Shown piece by piece: positions 37,459 through 51,649 of a stretch of 64,000 bases of DNA; positions within the stretch are counted from its first letter, which is position 1; the number at the start of each line of letters is the position of its first letter. Position numbers and translations under genes: made by a program. The notes beneath the pieces were generated by a model. It was given only the letters and a program-made list of their open reading frames with translations. It made no database searches and was not told the DNA's origin. Origin of the DNA: Mytilus edulis (taxonomy: Eukaryota); assembly GCF_963676685.1 (NCBI RefSeq), contig NC_092351.1, positions 44,020,001 to 44,084,000 on the forward strand, written 5' to 3'.

Positions 37459-40400
37459 AAATATAAATTTTCAATCCTGGTACATATGATGATTGTATTT
37501 GCAGTTGTCTCCCTTCTAATAACAACTAATCGATACACAGAAGTCAGATAAAAACATATGCAGACGACCGTCGAAAAACATATAATATATAAGTGTTTAC
37601 AAACATTTTGGTAAAACAAAATTATACATTTGCTGCACGCGAGGGTGGATTTACGTAATGAGTACACAACATTCAAAACGAATGGAATCTTCTTTTAATT
37701 ATGGTAAGAGTTAAACTGTTTACATTTATCATGTTTATAGTTAGTGCATCAACCATGTGTATTGATTTTAATTAGTAATGCGAAGATAATATAATCATGC
37801 GATGGGAAAAGTCATTCGAATTTATTATTCATAATCAATTAACTTGTATATAAAACACATGGTTTTCGAGGGGTTGAATTCATTATTGAGTATGATTGCT
37901 TCGCGAGTCAATGTAAATTCCCCCCTTGTATTTTCCTTACTACAGGCCGGAGTTTTACGCATTTTTCCTTTAAAATTAAATGCTAGGAAAATTCCTACGT
38001 AATCAAAATTGATCGACACTACATTATTTTATGAAAGAAGCTTTAGAAGTTTTATGCAATTTGATTACATGCAATCTGTTTAGCTCATTCAGTAATGCTA
38101 TAAAGATAAATCATTCTATTTTTACAGAAAATACATTATTATGTTAACAATATCAATATAGAGAATATACGTAAATTATACCAAGTCTTCTCGCAACAAC
38201 CACATTATGTTCGTATGTGAATGCTAAACATTTCAATATGTGCATGCATGCCTTGATATCATATGTTTGTTTGAACTATTGGATTTAACTTTTGTGTTTC
38301 GGTCACATGTATATGTATAAAATAAAAAAAAATTAAAACTTTTAATACGTCATTTCTATACGTATTAAAAGTTTCCAGCACTTTCAGACTCTTCATTCCG
38401 GCTGTAGGTTAGTATAGAAATATTTTATGTTTACGACACGTAATCTTGATTCCCGTAAGACTGTGGGTATTTTAAATATTTTGTGCAGTATAAAATCAAA
38501 CCCTTTCATCCGTTTCCTCAACATATGATGGGAGTGACGATTTCTACATTTTGTTTACATAGCGATGGAAGTCACATGACAGATAAAACTCAAGGCAGCT
38601 CACCGGAACTCCCGTTTTGTTATACTAACATCTTTTTTTTATGTGTTTTGAAATGCATTTTTTGTATTATTTCATTTGATCTGTTAAAAGCTGATGTTTT
38701 CAACTGTCTCGTATATGCCAAATTTAAATAAAGCTTGTATGTCTTAGAGCTGTTTGCTGTTTGCTAAACGAAAAAAAAGGGGTTCTTTAAAATTGATAAA
38801 TCAGGATGGGAAGAAGACTTTTGGACTTACACTGAACAAATGGGTAGGAGTGAAATTATGGCCTAGAAACCCCAAAAAATGTTGATCCCAATGATCTTCT
38901 GTAACAAAACAAAAATACTTAAATGCCATGATATGGCTTTTTTCACAAATTTGCAGACTAAAAATGTTCGACTTAATTTCAGATGAATATAAAAAAAGAA
39001 GATGTGGTTTGATTCCCAATGAGACAACTATCTACCAAAGGTCAAATAAAGTGGATGTAAGAAATTGATGACAACTGTACGGTCTTAAACAATGAGACGA
39101 AGTCCATAGTCGGCTATAAAACCCCAGACATGAACAATATGAAAGAAAAAATCAAGTGAGAAAACTAGCGGGCTTATTTTGTAACAAAACAATTTACAAA
39201 AAAAACCCCACAAATATGACAGATGTGAACCAGAGACAACTACTGAAACTTTAGACTCCTGTCTTATGACAAACTTAAAAAAAATAGGTGGGGGTAGACA
39301 TGTATGTGAGCTCTTAATCCTCCCCCAACCTGGGACATTGATGTAACAGCACAAGACCAGAACACACTATAAAAAGCAGTTGAAAAGGGTTGAACTCAAA
39401 AGATCGAAACAAAGAAAATCAATCATCAAAAACACAGTCGAAGGATGTGGGAGGGTATATATCCATCCTTCGTCCGTAACAACACTTTGCTAATGTTTTG
39501 TGTTGCATGCATTTATGAATAAGACCAAGTGCAAAAGTCCTTAACATTTTGACTTTCAATTTTAATCCCTTCGCTCAAATGTTGCGAACATTGTAGACCT
39601 GAAATTTGACCATATATATAACATACATACATGATTGACAAGTAAGAAATATCAAAATAAATAGAAGAATTTACTTTATTGTCAACTTTTGTGAAACTTT
39701 ATCGTAACGTTACACGGTTTGACGTCGATTTGCATAAGGTCGATTTCTATCCGACGCGGCTCATATAGAATAGAAAATAATGGGGTGCAAAAGTATAAAG
39801 TATAACCATAGAGGTATAATCAAAGGTTCATACATCTATGTTTATACATCTATGTGTATACATCTATGTTTATAGCTGTATAAGCATACATGTATAAACT
39901 TTGAATCTTTTTTATTAGACGAAACGCGCGACTATAATCCTGGTATCTATGATGAGTTAATTTAAAACCAATGGGTCGATGCAACTACTGGTAGAGTTTG
40001 AATTCCCCGAGGGTATCACCAGCCCAGTAGTCAGCATAGAAATGAATTTATCATTGATATGGTCATATTTGTGATATTGATATATTTGTATTTTTTGTCG
40101 AAAATAGTTATTTAGGTAAACTTAGTGAGTATCCGTTATATAACAATCATTTGCAAATCGAGTTGTAAATGCATCAAAACATTATTCAATGCAAATACCA
40201 ATTATTAAAAAAGCGAATAATGATATTAATTGATATATTTGAAATTCTTGTTTTCAAATTGGCCATCATCCAATATAGCCACCAGTACTTCAATATCCAA
40301 AGTCCTCAGATGATAGTCTTTGTCATTAGTGATTACTCTACCAAATACGATCAAAAAACTGGTGAAGCTATTAATTATTTTTGTGATTTCTGTTGATTGA

Positions 40401-43400
40401 TGGAGGCCATTTTAAATTGGGCGCCAAGAGCGGCCATATTTATATTCTGATTTGGGTGCATAGCTATAAATGTTGGTTATGACCTACACTTAAACTCTGC
40501 AAAGTTTGATGTTTTTACCACAATCTTAACAATTGTTTCACAACTCAATGCTCTTCAACTTCGTACTTTATTTGGTTTTTTTAACTTTTTTTAATTCGAG
40601 CATCAATGATAGGTCATTTGTAGATGAAACTATCGCGTATAAACTCTGAATCTTTTTTACTAGACGAAACGCGCGACTGGTGTAAATTCAAGTTTTAATC
40701 CTCGTATCTATGATAATTTTATTTATACATCTTTGTCTATACATCTTTGTTTAAACATCTATGTTTATACATCTATGTTTATACATCTATGTGTATACGT
40801 CTTTGTGTAGACATCTATGTTTAAACATCTACGTTTATACATCTACGTTTAAACATCTACGTTTATACATCTATGTGTATACATCTCTGTTTATACATCT
40901 ATGTGTATACATCTATGTTTATACATCTATGTTTAAACATCTACGTTTATACATCCATGTTTAAACATCTATACGTTTATACGTTTATGTGTATACATCT
41001 ATGTGTATACATCTATGTGTATACATCTATGTTTATACATCTACGTTTATACATCTATATTTATACATCTATGTGTATACATCTATATTTATACATCTAT
41101 ATATCGAAAAGAAGATGTGGTATGATTGTCAATGAGACAATTGTCCACAAAGGACCAAAATGAAACAGACATTAACAGCTATAGGTCTCCGTACGGCCTT
41201 CAAAAATGAGCAAAGCCCATAGCGCATAGGCAGCTATAAAAGGCCCCGATAAGACAATGTAAAACAATTCAAACGAGAAAACTAACGGCCTTATTTATAT
41301 AAAAAAAAATGAACGAAAAACACATCCGTATGTTTATACATCTACGTTTATACATTTTCGTGTATACATCTATGTTTATACATCTATGTATGTTAAAGCA
41401 TCTATGAAATTACAGTGAAAAATATGAAAAATAGATAATATAATACTGATTACAGAAATGTACAATGTTTAAAGTAAAGAAATCATACGATTACAGATAA
41501 ATTTTGATTTATAGTCATACAATGTCATTATGATTTTACATCATTATTTTGAGGATTCATAAATAAATAATAAAGAAACTAGAGGTTCCCAATAGCATGT
41601 GTCGCTCACCTGCATCTACTGTTGTTTTCGATATCATGTAAAATAAGTTTAAAACCATAATTAATAGTCTAAGATACCCTAATATTAATTGAGGCAATTC
41701 TGTTGGCCCAGTGGTTAAACAAAAGCAGGTCCTCCCATTGTAGTCTTATAATAGTTACTGAAGACCCCTTATTGAAATTAGTTTCAAAGTTGTGACATTT
41801 GCAATAGGTTTTTTTTCCATTGTAGACCCCAAGGTTTTATTTAGCCTTTGCAGACATGTTGGTTGGATGACTGGCGCATTTGACACATTCTTCAGTCAAC
41901 ATACCTTATTTAAAATTGGTGCTAATTTAACTTTTATTCTATTTGGACCAGTAGATTAAGTGGTAAATCTTTTGTAAAATATTACACAAATTTACGAAAA
42001 AAATGATATAAAGGGCAATAACTTCATAAGGAATCAATTGAAAATTTAAACTGGAATCCGCTTGTATTACGCTTCACTTAAACAACCGCTATGGCCCGAT
42101 TTTTGCCCTGGAGATTTTAACGAGATTTCACGTTACTATGTTACATAGCAACGTCACTGTACCACATCCGGAATATTAACAAAAATGTAAACAAAACAGA
42201 CGACAGTAGTTTTTAACAATTAACAAGAATTGAAAGAAATTTTAGAATCAGACTAGAGAAAAACATTAATATACATTGTAAAAATAGAAGCAAAAGAAAT
42301 TATTACATGTAACAATGGAGAAAATGTTGAAAATCTTACACCTTCATCACCGAAATCAACCCACATGTCAACTTCCAGTAATATTTCAACACCACAAAAT
42401 TGTAACACTGTGAGAAAACAGCTTGGGGACATATCAAATATTACATGCACGCCAATCAGACCCAAGCATGATACGCTTAATGATTCTGGGATATTACTGT
42501 CTACACCTGAAATTGAAACAAATAGTCTTAATAGGAAAAACAAATCAAATAGTACAGTTACATGTAGTAAAGAATTATTTAAGGATACACCTATAAATGT
42601 TGAATGTCATGATCACATCTATAGTGTTGTTAGTACACACAGGAAGAGATTAAAAATTAAGTCTACAAAAGAAACTTTACCCAAAGAAGAAGAGACATTA
42701 GCAGTGAAAAGTCTGAAAAAAATAATAGTCAAACAACAACAATATGATAATTTATCACCAATAGAATTAGCTGAAATCGTGCCACTTGGATCCAGATCTG
42801 CACTTGTATTCAAACTCTTTTAAAGTATGATTCCTTCAAACATCTTATAACTGATGAACTGATGAAAATATTATCCAACCAGCATGATATTTAAAAAAAC
42901 AGAAAAAGAGGCAAACTTAGTGTATGGGAAATTATTTGAGGATATGATAAATTTTAATTGGAGTCAAATTGTAGAAGAACTTTGTGATGAATTCCCAGTT
43001 TTATGTCGCACAATATTGAATTTTATGCTACCAGATAACTTGACAGAAAAAAACAAAGTCTTATCGAATTACATCAATGGTCCCGAGGATAGGGTTTATT
43101 TACTCTTTGCTTGCACAGAGTCGCAACCAAGAATTGAACAAGGTTCAGCACGTGATTAATACAATATTGTTTGACAACTTGTGTGATCAAAAGGTAAATT
43201 AAAGTTAATATATATACACTAAGGCCCTAAAAGGGGTGGGGGTGGGGGAAGGGGGGGGGGGGTTACTATGAATTTACTGCGATTTTTATTTCAAATTTCT
43301 AAATAAGTTATGATACACATTATAACACAATTACTTAATTACTTAGTCCATGAATTTAGACTTAAAATAAAATATATATATAATACAATTACAATAGGGA

Positions 43401-45352
43401 TAATATAACTTTATTCCCCAAAAAGCATATGATAAATCAAATCAAATTTGGGTTAAATGTACCTGCTTTGAGTCTATTTTAAATCAACTAATTTGTTTTC
43501 TTGAAACATGAAACATGAAACATTTCATTTCACTAAAGGCCTCTCATGAGGCATGATAGTACAACAATATAACAAATAAGATATAATGCATGAACAAACA
43601 TATTTACAAATGCATGAATAAATGGGAAGGTAAATATCATTTGTAAATTGACATTACAATTTTACAGAACTTGGCTAAGCCAACAAGAACAAATTTATCT
43701 TTGCTGTTCATTAAATTGGAGAAACTCATAGTATTTTTAACTTTACAAATTCTTATTTTACTCAAATTTGTATAAGAGTTACCTCCCATTCAATATAAAA
43801 AAAATCAGATAAAAAATCAGATTTGGCGTAAAAGAGCTGGGACATAAGATACCAAAGGGACAGGAAAACTTGTAAATCGAAAATGAACTGACAACGCCAT
43901 GGCTAAAAAGAAAAAGACATACAGAAATAATAGTAAACATGTCATAACATAGAAAACTATAGATTAAGCAACACGAACCCCACCAAAAACTGGGTGTGGT
44001 CTCAGATGCTCCTTAAGGGTAAAACAGATTCTACTCCACATGTGGCACCCGTCTCAATGCTCAAGTTATTATTAATCCGGTAAATGGTCTAATTCGGTAG
44101 GCAACATTCGTGAAAAGGGAAGGGTTGTAGTTATGGCATGAGGAACATATCAGATATCATCTGTGAAACGGTTATAGGACACATTTCTAAAACTAAATAC
44201 TTTATTGATGATTGTAGCCAAATGTCGTTAAATTTGAGCCAGCAGTTTTTTCAGGAAAAATCTTTTTTTTTAATTTAACAGAGGACGACGACGGACGACG
44301 GACGACGGACACAAAGTGCTGAGAAAAGACCACTGGCCCAATGGTCCAGGGGATTTAAGAGAAATGTCAGACCCAATCCTGACTCTCATATTCACACTAA
44401 AGAAACATTAATACATCTGTTCAAACAGAAACACAAATAACGTACGTTAAATTACATGCTTGTCTGTACTTACACCAGTTAAACCGTTTACCATACTCGG
44501 AATATGGATCGAATAGGATATTACCACAATACATCCCTTCAGTTTCATAATCTACATAAACATAACAAAGACAGTGAGACAACTAGTTATTTTGAGCAAA
44601 GCGATAAATATGATGAACATCTGTTATCTTATAATTCAAAGTTCAATCATGATAATGAATATGTGTATTTTCGTCGACCTATAATAACTTTTTATCAATT
44701 GAAATTAGGGGCAATATGAGTGTTTCTATTGAAATGTTTAAAAAACAGAAGTTTATCATGATACTGTAATGAGGGTCTAAATGTGCGTTATCGTGTGTTA
44801 TATCTACATGACATTGTCTAATCTGAAAACAACATTGAAACCTAGCACGACCATTGACGATTGCTAAATAACATGAATAAATGGAGCACAAGACGTAACA
44901 TTATAATTGCATCTTGGTTTTTTTTCCAACCAGTTTAAGTAGAACAACCAAACAGTGTCCAGATGAAATCCTTACTCGTCATTAAAAGAGATTCAAGACA
45001 AATATTAAAGTGCCACTTCCGCAGTAAACACAATCTACCCACACATGTTTGATGTTATCAAATATTTGTTAAACATATTTTTGACACTGTTGGTGGAATC
45101 CCCCCCCCCCCCCCCGAGGGTATCACAAGCCCAGTAGTTAGCAATTATGTGTTGAGTTGAGCTCTCATTAATATGTTCATAATTATAAATTGACTGTTTA
45201 CAAAACTTTGAATTTTTGAATTTCTAAGGCTTTTCTACCTCCTCAGAGTCAGGAATAGATTACCTTTATTAGCTGTATTTAGAAAAAACTTTTGGTCCTC
45301 AATGGTCTTCAACTTCGTACTTTATTTAACCTTATTAAAAAATTTTATTCGA

Positions 45353-45396
45353 GCGTCACTGATGAGTCTTTTGTAGACGAAACGCGAGTCTGGCGT
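45353..45396 (+). ncRNA. Minimal type I hammerhead ribozyme (duplicate copy)
   Basis: Identical to 37415-37458. Confidence 0.85.
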
Positions 45397-46416
45397 AAAT
45401 ATAAATTTTCAATCCTGGTACATATGATGATTGTATTTGCAGTTGTCTCCCTTCTAATAACAACTAATCGATACACAGAAGTCAGATAAAAACATATGCA
45501 GACGACCGTCGAAAAACATATAGGCCTAGTTCGATCATCAACCGTAGTTACAGTGGTGAAACCAAAGTGTGATCGAACTAGCTCTGGTTCGACTAAAGTG
45601 ATGTCAGCGCCCGACTAGGGTTCAACCATTTGAAAGCGTGGGTTTCTCTGGATCCAACATGGCGACATGAGGTGAGTTTGTCCAATTGTCAATATTGAAA
45701 AATGGGGAAATGTTTTTATACAGTAGACAATTAGTATTACAAAGAAGTAGAACTGATACCAGAAAACACATAGCGAACTAAGATATGTTTGTATGGAAAA
45801 TAAATGCGTTTTCGTTCGGAAAATAAGCATGATAGACTTCGCATATTCCGAGTGACATTGATTTTCGAGAACGATCTCTCTTAAACCATGTTACATTGTA
45901 GGTAGTTCTACAATATATGCCTTTGCAATATCTTTGCCCTCAGTCAAGTCCATGAGGGGGGGGGGGTTGGACAATCAATGCATTTGAATGGGAGCATATA
46001 GTTGGAACCCCCCTCTCCCTTTACTCTGGGTTGGGAACCCCCCATTTTTAAAATGGCTGGATACGCCCCTGGAGTCTGACGCCTATTAACACCATTACAA
46101 CTGAGCCTTTGAAGACGTCATAATTATTTGGACTAACTCGGTATATGCCTATTTCTATCGCTTATTATAGTAGACTTATTATTCTTTATTAGCTCTTGAC
46201 TCATAGGGCGCATACCTGTAGCCAGGGGGTTTGGGGGAACCCCCCCCCCCTTGAAAACAAATAAGCACGTTTAAAGGCAATGTTTTGTTCGAATTGTGAC
46301 TGTTAAAGTCAAGTTTGTGAGTCCAGCCACTCTAACTCAAGACTCATTAAATCCATGAAAAGTGAATTTCTCTTGTTATTATCAAAATTCTGCAACATCA
46401 ATATATTTTTTTTCAG

Positions 46417-47486
46417 ATGGAATCAAAACTAAGCCAAATGCAAAAGTGGACTTGCTTCATTTGCCAAAAACCTCCACTGAGTATTGAAAGTCTGGAACGT
46501 CAAGAGAAGTCGGGTGTCATCATATATATTGATTGGGATTACAGGTATGAATCTGTCTATCTGTATGTAACACAAAAAATATATGTATACAATTAATAGT
46601 TGTTACTGAGCTAATAGTCATTACGGTTGCATATCACATTTCTACAGTCATGATAAGAGAACAAACATTTAATATTCTAGGGGGAGCCAGGATTTTGTTT
46701 CAGATGAGTTATTTATACATGTACTTTTTTTTTCTAAGCTGGTTGTATTTATTTTTCATGGCTTTGCCGCACAATTATTTTCAAACAACTGAATCCTGTA
46801 TTTTCCTAGTATATGGGGGACAGAGTTTTCATTTTCATCCTGCTATTTCCAGTTATTGGCAGGCTCATTACCAGTTCAAAATGTTGGTATATTTTTAAAA
46901 TTAAAATATATATATATTTACATATAAATAAATAAATTTTCCCATTTCAATAATGACAATTAGACAAACTCACCTCATGTCGCCATGTTGTACTTTCAAA
47001 CAAAATGCACAAAGGTACACTTTTGATCATGATGATTCTTTATCACAATTTATGCACAATTCTGATTACTAGTAGTCACTACATACATTTGTGTAACACA
47101 GCTCAAGTTCGAAATTGGGGTGTTGTAACTGTTATTGTTCTGCCCCCGTTTAAGATGTTCGTACATGTAAGCAGGGTCATCTGTGTCACATAAACACATT
47201 CTCCATTTATTCTTATTTCCTGTTTTCATCTTATTTTACAAATGGAGAACATGACTTTTTATGAATGAGGTGGTCCATTGCATCAATTTATTTTATCTAA
47301 CAAAAATGTGTGTTTGTAGCATAGTTTTAAACAGAATTTCATTTTTATTTTAGGTCAATTTTGAGGTGTTCATCGTGCATGAATTGTTTTCACGCTGATT
47401 GCGCAAAGTTTATAGATCTTCTTGAATTTTTCAACACTAAAGAAATACAAGTTGTAACTTGTGAACCCTGTGCAACAGCAAACTAA
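46417..47486 (+). CDS. Predicted 86-aa PHD-finger protein (exons 46417-46544 and 47354-47486) inside the Harbinger
   Basis: Canonical GT-AG splicing gives MESKLSQMQKWTCFICQKPPLSIESLERQEKSGVIIYIDWDYRSILRCSSCMNCFHADCAKFIDLLEFFNTKEIQVVTCEPCATAN*, a C-x2-C...C-x2-C-x4-H-x2-C...C-x2-C pattern. Confidence 0.75.
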
Positions 47487-48325
47487 GGTACTTGTACTTT
47501 ATTTAGACACAATCTTGTTGGTAATGTCTTAAAAATGTAGTGACGTAAACTTCAACTTGTTGAAGGCGGTTATTATATAGTAGAAATGTCAAAACACAAC
47601 TTTCACTATAAGAATATCAGCATCTGAAAGGCAATTTATAAGGAACATGGCAACATTAAAAAAACACAACAATGAAAGGAAAACAATGATCCAAATTTAG
47701 ATTTGAAGCTAATGTAAATCATAGAGATACAAATTCTTAACAGAAACTACATAGAATAGATACAAATTATTATTGAACAGTGTTTTTATTTCTGTTCTTC
47801 ATCTTGAAAGTCACTGTAGAATCTTAAACAATGAACGAATCATTCATATACCAGTCATCCAGTATATATCAAATTTGAGATGTAACACTCTCTTCATACA
47901 AAAAGAAAAGTTTTGATAAGACTTAAAAGGCAATATACCGAAACTCAAAGTTGCAGTGTAAATATACTGCACACCAAGTTAAAACATGGACGGTCATAAT
48001 TTCCAAGACACTGTGATTAGGATAGTCACACACTAAATGTGTTCAAACAAAAAATTATAAAAAAGCAATATCCTTTCATATATATATATATATGAGTCTG
48101 AAAATTACACCAAACAGTGTTAGAGTTAGATTTTCTGCTGACAAATTTTGTCCGTATATATAAAGTCTGAAAATTACACCAAACAGTGTATGTATATATA
48201 TAAATGTTAAGATCTACAAGGCACTTAATTGAAGTACTCTGGTCATACCATTTGCTATGTTCTGGTTGTGAATTGATTTTGATTTATTCATTACAAAATG
48301 ATAACTTTTATCAATATGTTGTAGA

Positions 48326-49598
48326 ATGAAGACAATTATAATGAAGTCAAAGACAAAGGAAGGGACAGACTACAAATTGCAATGTACTGATGACATTGCC
48401 AAAATTTTGCTGTCTAAAGACACAGGTATATAAGTTAGAATTTAAAATCTTCAATGTTGATTTAGATATTTAAATATCCAGTGGAATAAAAAAAAACATG
48501 AAAGTTGTGTTAAAACTCCTTATCCAATGAATTTTCATTAATAGTTTTGTGCTATATTCACTTAATCCACAAAAAGAACTGTTCATTTTCAATCACGATT
48601 TGTTACATGTTTTTCGAGGAAGTTTCTGTGACCTACATTTTACCCTTTATTGACCTAGGTTTATCCTATATTTTGCTGATTTGTGATAAAATACTACAAG
48701 ATTTCCATTGGTTTCTATGTGCCCCAAATTATCTATGTTATTGTGATCATTGATATCTTTTTTTTTTTCAGACCCGGCTGTTAAAGAAATTATAGTCAAT
48801 GGCCTTATGCCATTAGCACAGGTAGATATGCACTCTAATACTTCGCCAGATGATATGGCATCTGCATCATCATATCACGCAAATACACCATCTACATCAT
48901 CATGTAACCCAGACACACCATCTACATCATCATGTAATGCAGAAACACCATCTACATCATCATTTAATGCAGACACACCATCTACATCATCATTTAATGC
49001 AGACACACCATCTACATGTACTAGTAGCACCAGTAATATTCATCTTTGGACAGACAAACAAGAAGATATGTTAGTTCATTTAAGACATGAAAGACATGAT
49101 GCATTTGGTAAAACCCGAAATCACAATACATTATGGAAAGACATTGCAAACGAAATTAATAGCACTTTCAAATGTAACATTACTGCAACCCAAGTGATGA
49201 ACAAGTACTTCAATCTAAAAAAGAGATGGAAAGAGGTACTTGATGGTGCAAGAGGGTCAGGATCAGAGGCTAAATATTTCAGGCTAAAAGAAGATTTTGA
49301 TCAACAATATGGCACAAAGGCCAGTAGCAGACCTGCCTATCTGCTTGATACAATTGCAGATAAAGATAAAAATAAAAACGCAAAAGAAACGAACGAAACT
49401 GAAAATCCAGCATCAAAAGTTACCAAGGGACAGGGAGAAGATGGAAAAGGGAAAAAAAGAAAAAGTACAGATGTTGTTTGTCTTCTTGAAAAGCAAAACA
49501 CTGATTTCATGAATAAAATGGAAGAATTCCATAAAGACAAAATGAACAGATTTGATAAACTGCTCGATCTTTACAAAAAAGATCTAGATCGTAAATAA
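48326..49598 (+). CDS. Harbinger Myb/SANT-like (trihelix) DNA-binding protein, 308 aa (exons 48326-48425 and 48772-49598)
   Basis: Motifs WTDKQEDMLV...LWKDIANEI...QVMNKYFNLKKRWKE; phase-1 intron CAG|GTATA...TTTCAG|AC; 30-bp TPSTSSxNAD repeats. Confidence 0.88.
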
Positions 49599-51649
49599 AT
49601 GATTGAAAGAAATGGGAAATATTTTTACCTGTTACAGAATTTATTAATTTTAATTTCCTTGTGTAGAATGAAGGAGAACCTGTCATGCCAGTCGTATTAT
49701 TATGTTATTATTTGATAAACCTCAGGGAGAAACTCTGTTAATATAGTACAATAAATGTACGTTGTATTTAATTGTTAAGGAAAATATTTACATTTGAATT
49801 ATAATTTCTTTCTAGTCATATTTTCTAGTTAAATAAAGACTTATAAGGAGACTCATGGGTTTTACATGTTTAAATCTTTCAAAATTATTGGCACTTTATT
49901 ATTTTTCTTATTGTATAAAAAAAAATGGATAGAAATATAATTTGGCAAATTCAATTAAAATCTTATATATATTATATCGAATGTTTCAATTGTCTTTGAA
50001 ATATCAATGAAAAACAGTTAAAATCTGTATTAAATGGCTTTTCATGCTCCTAAATGACTCTTTATTGAATACGGAAGTCTAACATGTAAATTTTTGAAGG
50101 AGTTCCTATTATTTTGTTTTTAGATTGTTTTACTAGTGAACCTCTTTAAATGTAAGTTAGCATGCTGAAATACATGTATTATTCCCATTCATTTAGCTAG
50201 CTTGGTTAGGTGAATAAGATTTTTTGATGAGCATAATATATTTGTTTGTTATATGCTGTTTATTTTAAATTTACCATAAAGAAAATGGTTGTTTTTGATT
50301 GAATGTTTTATTTTTTTATGTTACAATAAAATCTGTTGAAAGGATGTTTAAAACTAGTATAACCTGCCATATTCATGTGTGTCTGTCCTTAGCAAAAAAT
50401 CTTTGTTGTTGTTTTACCTGACCGAGTTAGGGTAAGCTTTTGCAATCATTTTGCGTCTGTTGTCGGTCTTTAAACCTTTTGTGCATAACCTACAGTAGGA
50501 AATTGGCATTTTGTTTTCTGATATGTGTGTCCGTCTGTCACAGGTCAGGTCACATTTTTTGGTCAAGTTAGTTTAAAAAGAAATAAAAGTCACATCAACT
50601 TACTTAGTACACATGTTGATTTAAATGGGATTTTTTTTAATTCTATGCCAAATAACGGTCTAGATCCCAATTTTATAGTTCACTTAACTTCGAAATGTGA
50701 GTGCAAAAAACTTGATTTCAAGTTACAGGTTTTGGTCAGGTAGCTATAGGTTATTGTGAAATAGAAGTCACATCAACTTGAAACTTGGTACATATGTTTC
50801 TTGTGTTGAGGTCTTTCTTCATTGTATGCTGATATATTGGATTGGCAACGGTTTTACTGTTCACTAAAATTACATGTGAAAGGTAGTTAATAAAAAAGTA
50901 CATTTTCAGTTGTAGTTTTTGGTCAGATTAGTTTATAATGATGTTCATATTACATATATCATGATGTGATCTTTCAGAATTGTAGGCTCAATTTAGGTTT
51001 GTACAACGTTTTGAACATAGAAATTAAAATTGTGATTTGCCGATTTGTCTCGCCTGAAACATAAGGATAATGATCTGGTGTGCCCATTCTTGTTACTAAA
51101 GAATGATGAAGTTTTTTTTCAGAAGGTAGACGACCTGGATGTATACTTTGTATATATACTAGTATATAGATGCGTTATGTTACAATGTTTCTTTCTGTCA
51201 TACATGGCATGTTCATTTGCATTGACCTTGACCTCATTTTCCTTGTATGGTCTATTTCTCAGATACTACTATAAGCAGTCCATTTATATTTGGTGTATTG
51301 AATGGTTGAAAGTTATAAATGTCCGTCTTTCAGTAATCATCTGACCTAATTTTCATAATTTATTGGTCAATTTAATCTTTGGTGTGGTTACTTGTAACGC
51401 GTACATGTCTGTCTGTCTAATAATGCCAAGACGTATGTTTACTTGACCTTATTCTATGGTTCATTTGTCAAACTTCAGTTAACAAGATTATACTATAGAA
51501 CATAAATATTAAGAAACTTTCCCTGAACCTAATAGAAATTAAAGTAATTGATACAGAAAATAGTATTTTATTTAAACAGCAACAGATTTATTTGCATGTA
51601 TCAGAATTACACAATATACAAACATCCAATGTAATGTTAATTGTAAAAT

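Larger units (their letters stand above)
27468..39684. repeat. Tandem segmental duplication, copy 1 (~7.9 kb shared plus a 4.3 kb private insertion)
   Basis: Starts TTGTGAAACTTTATCG and ends TTTACTTTATTGTCA; near-identical to 39689-55537. Confidence 0.95.

Noticed and set aside
48850-49074. His-rich 74-aa ORF
   Set aside because: Alternative-frame reading of the 30-bp TPSTSS repeats within the Myb-like gene.
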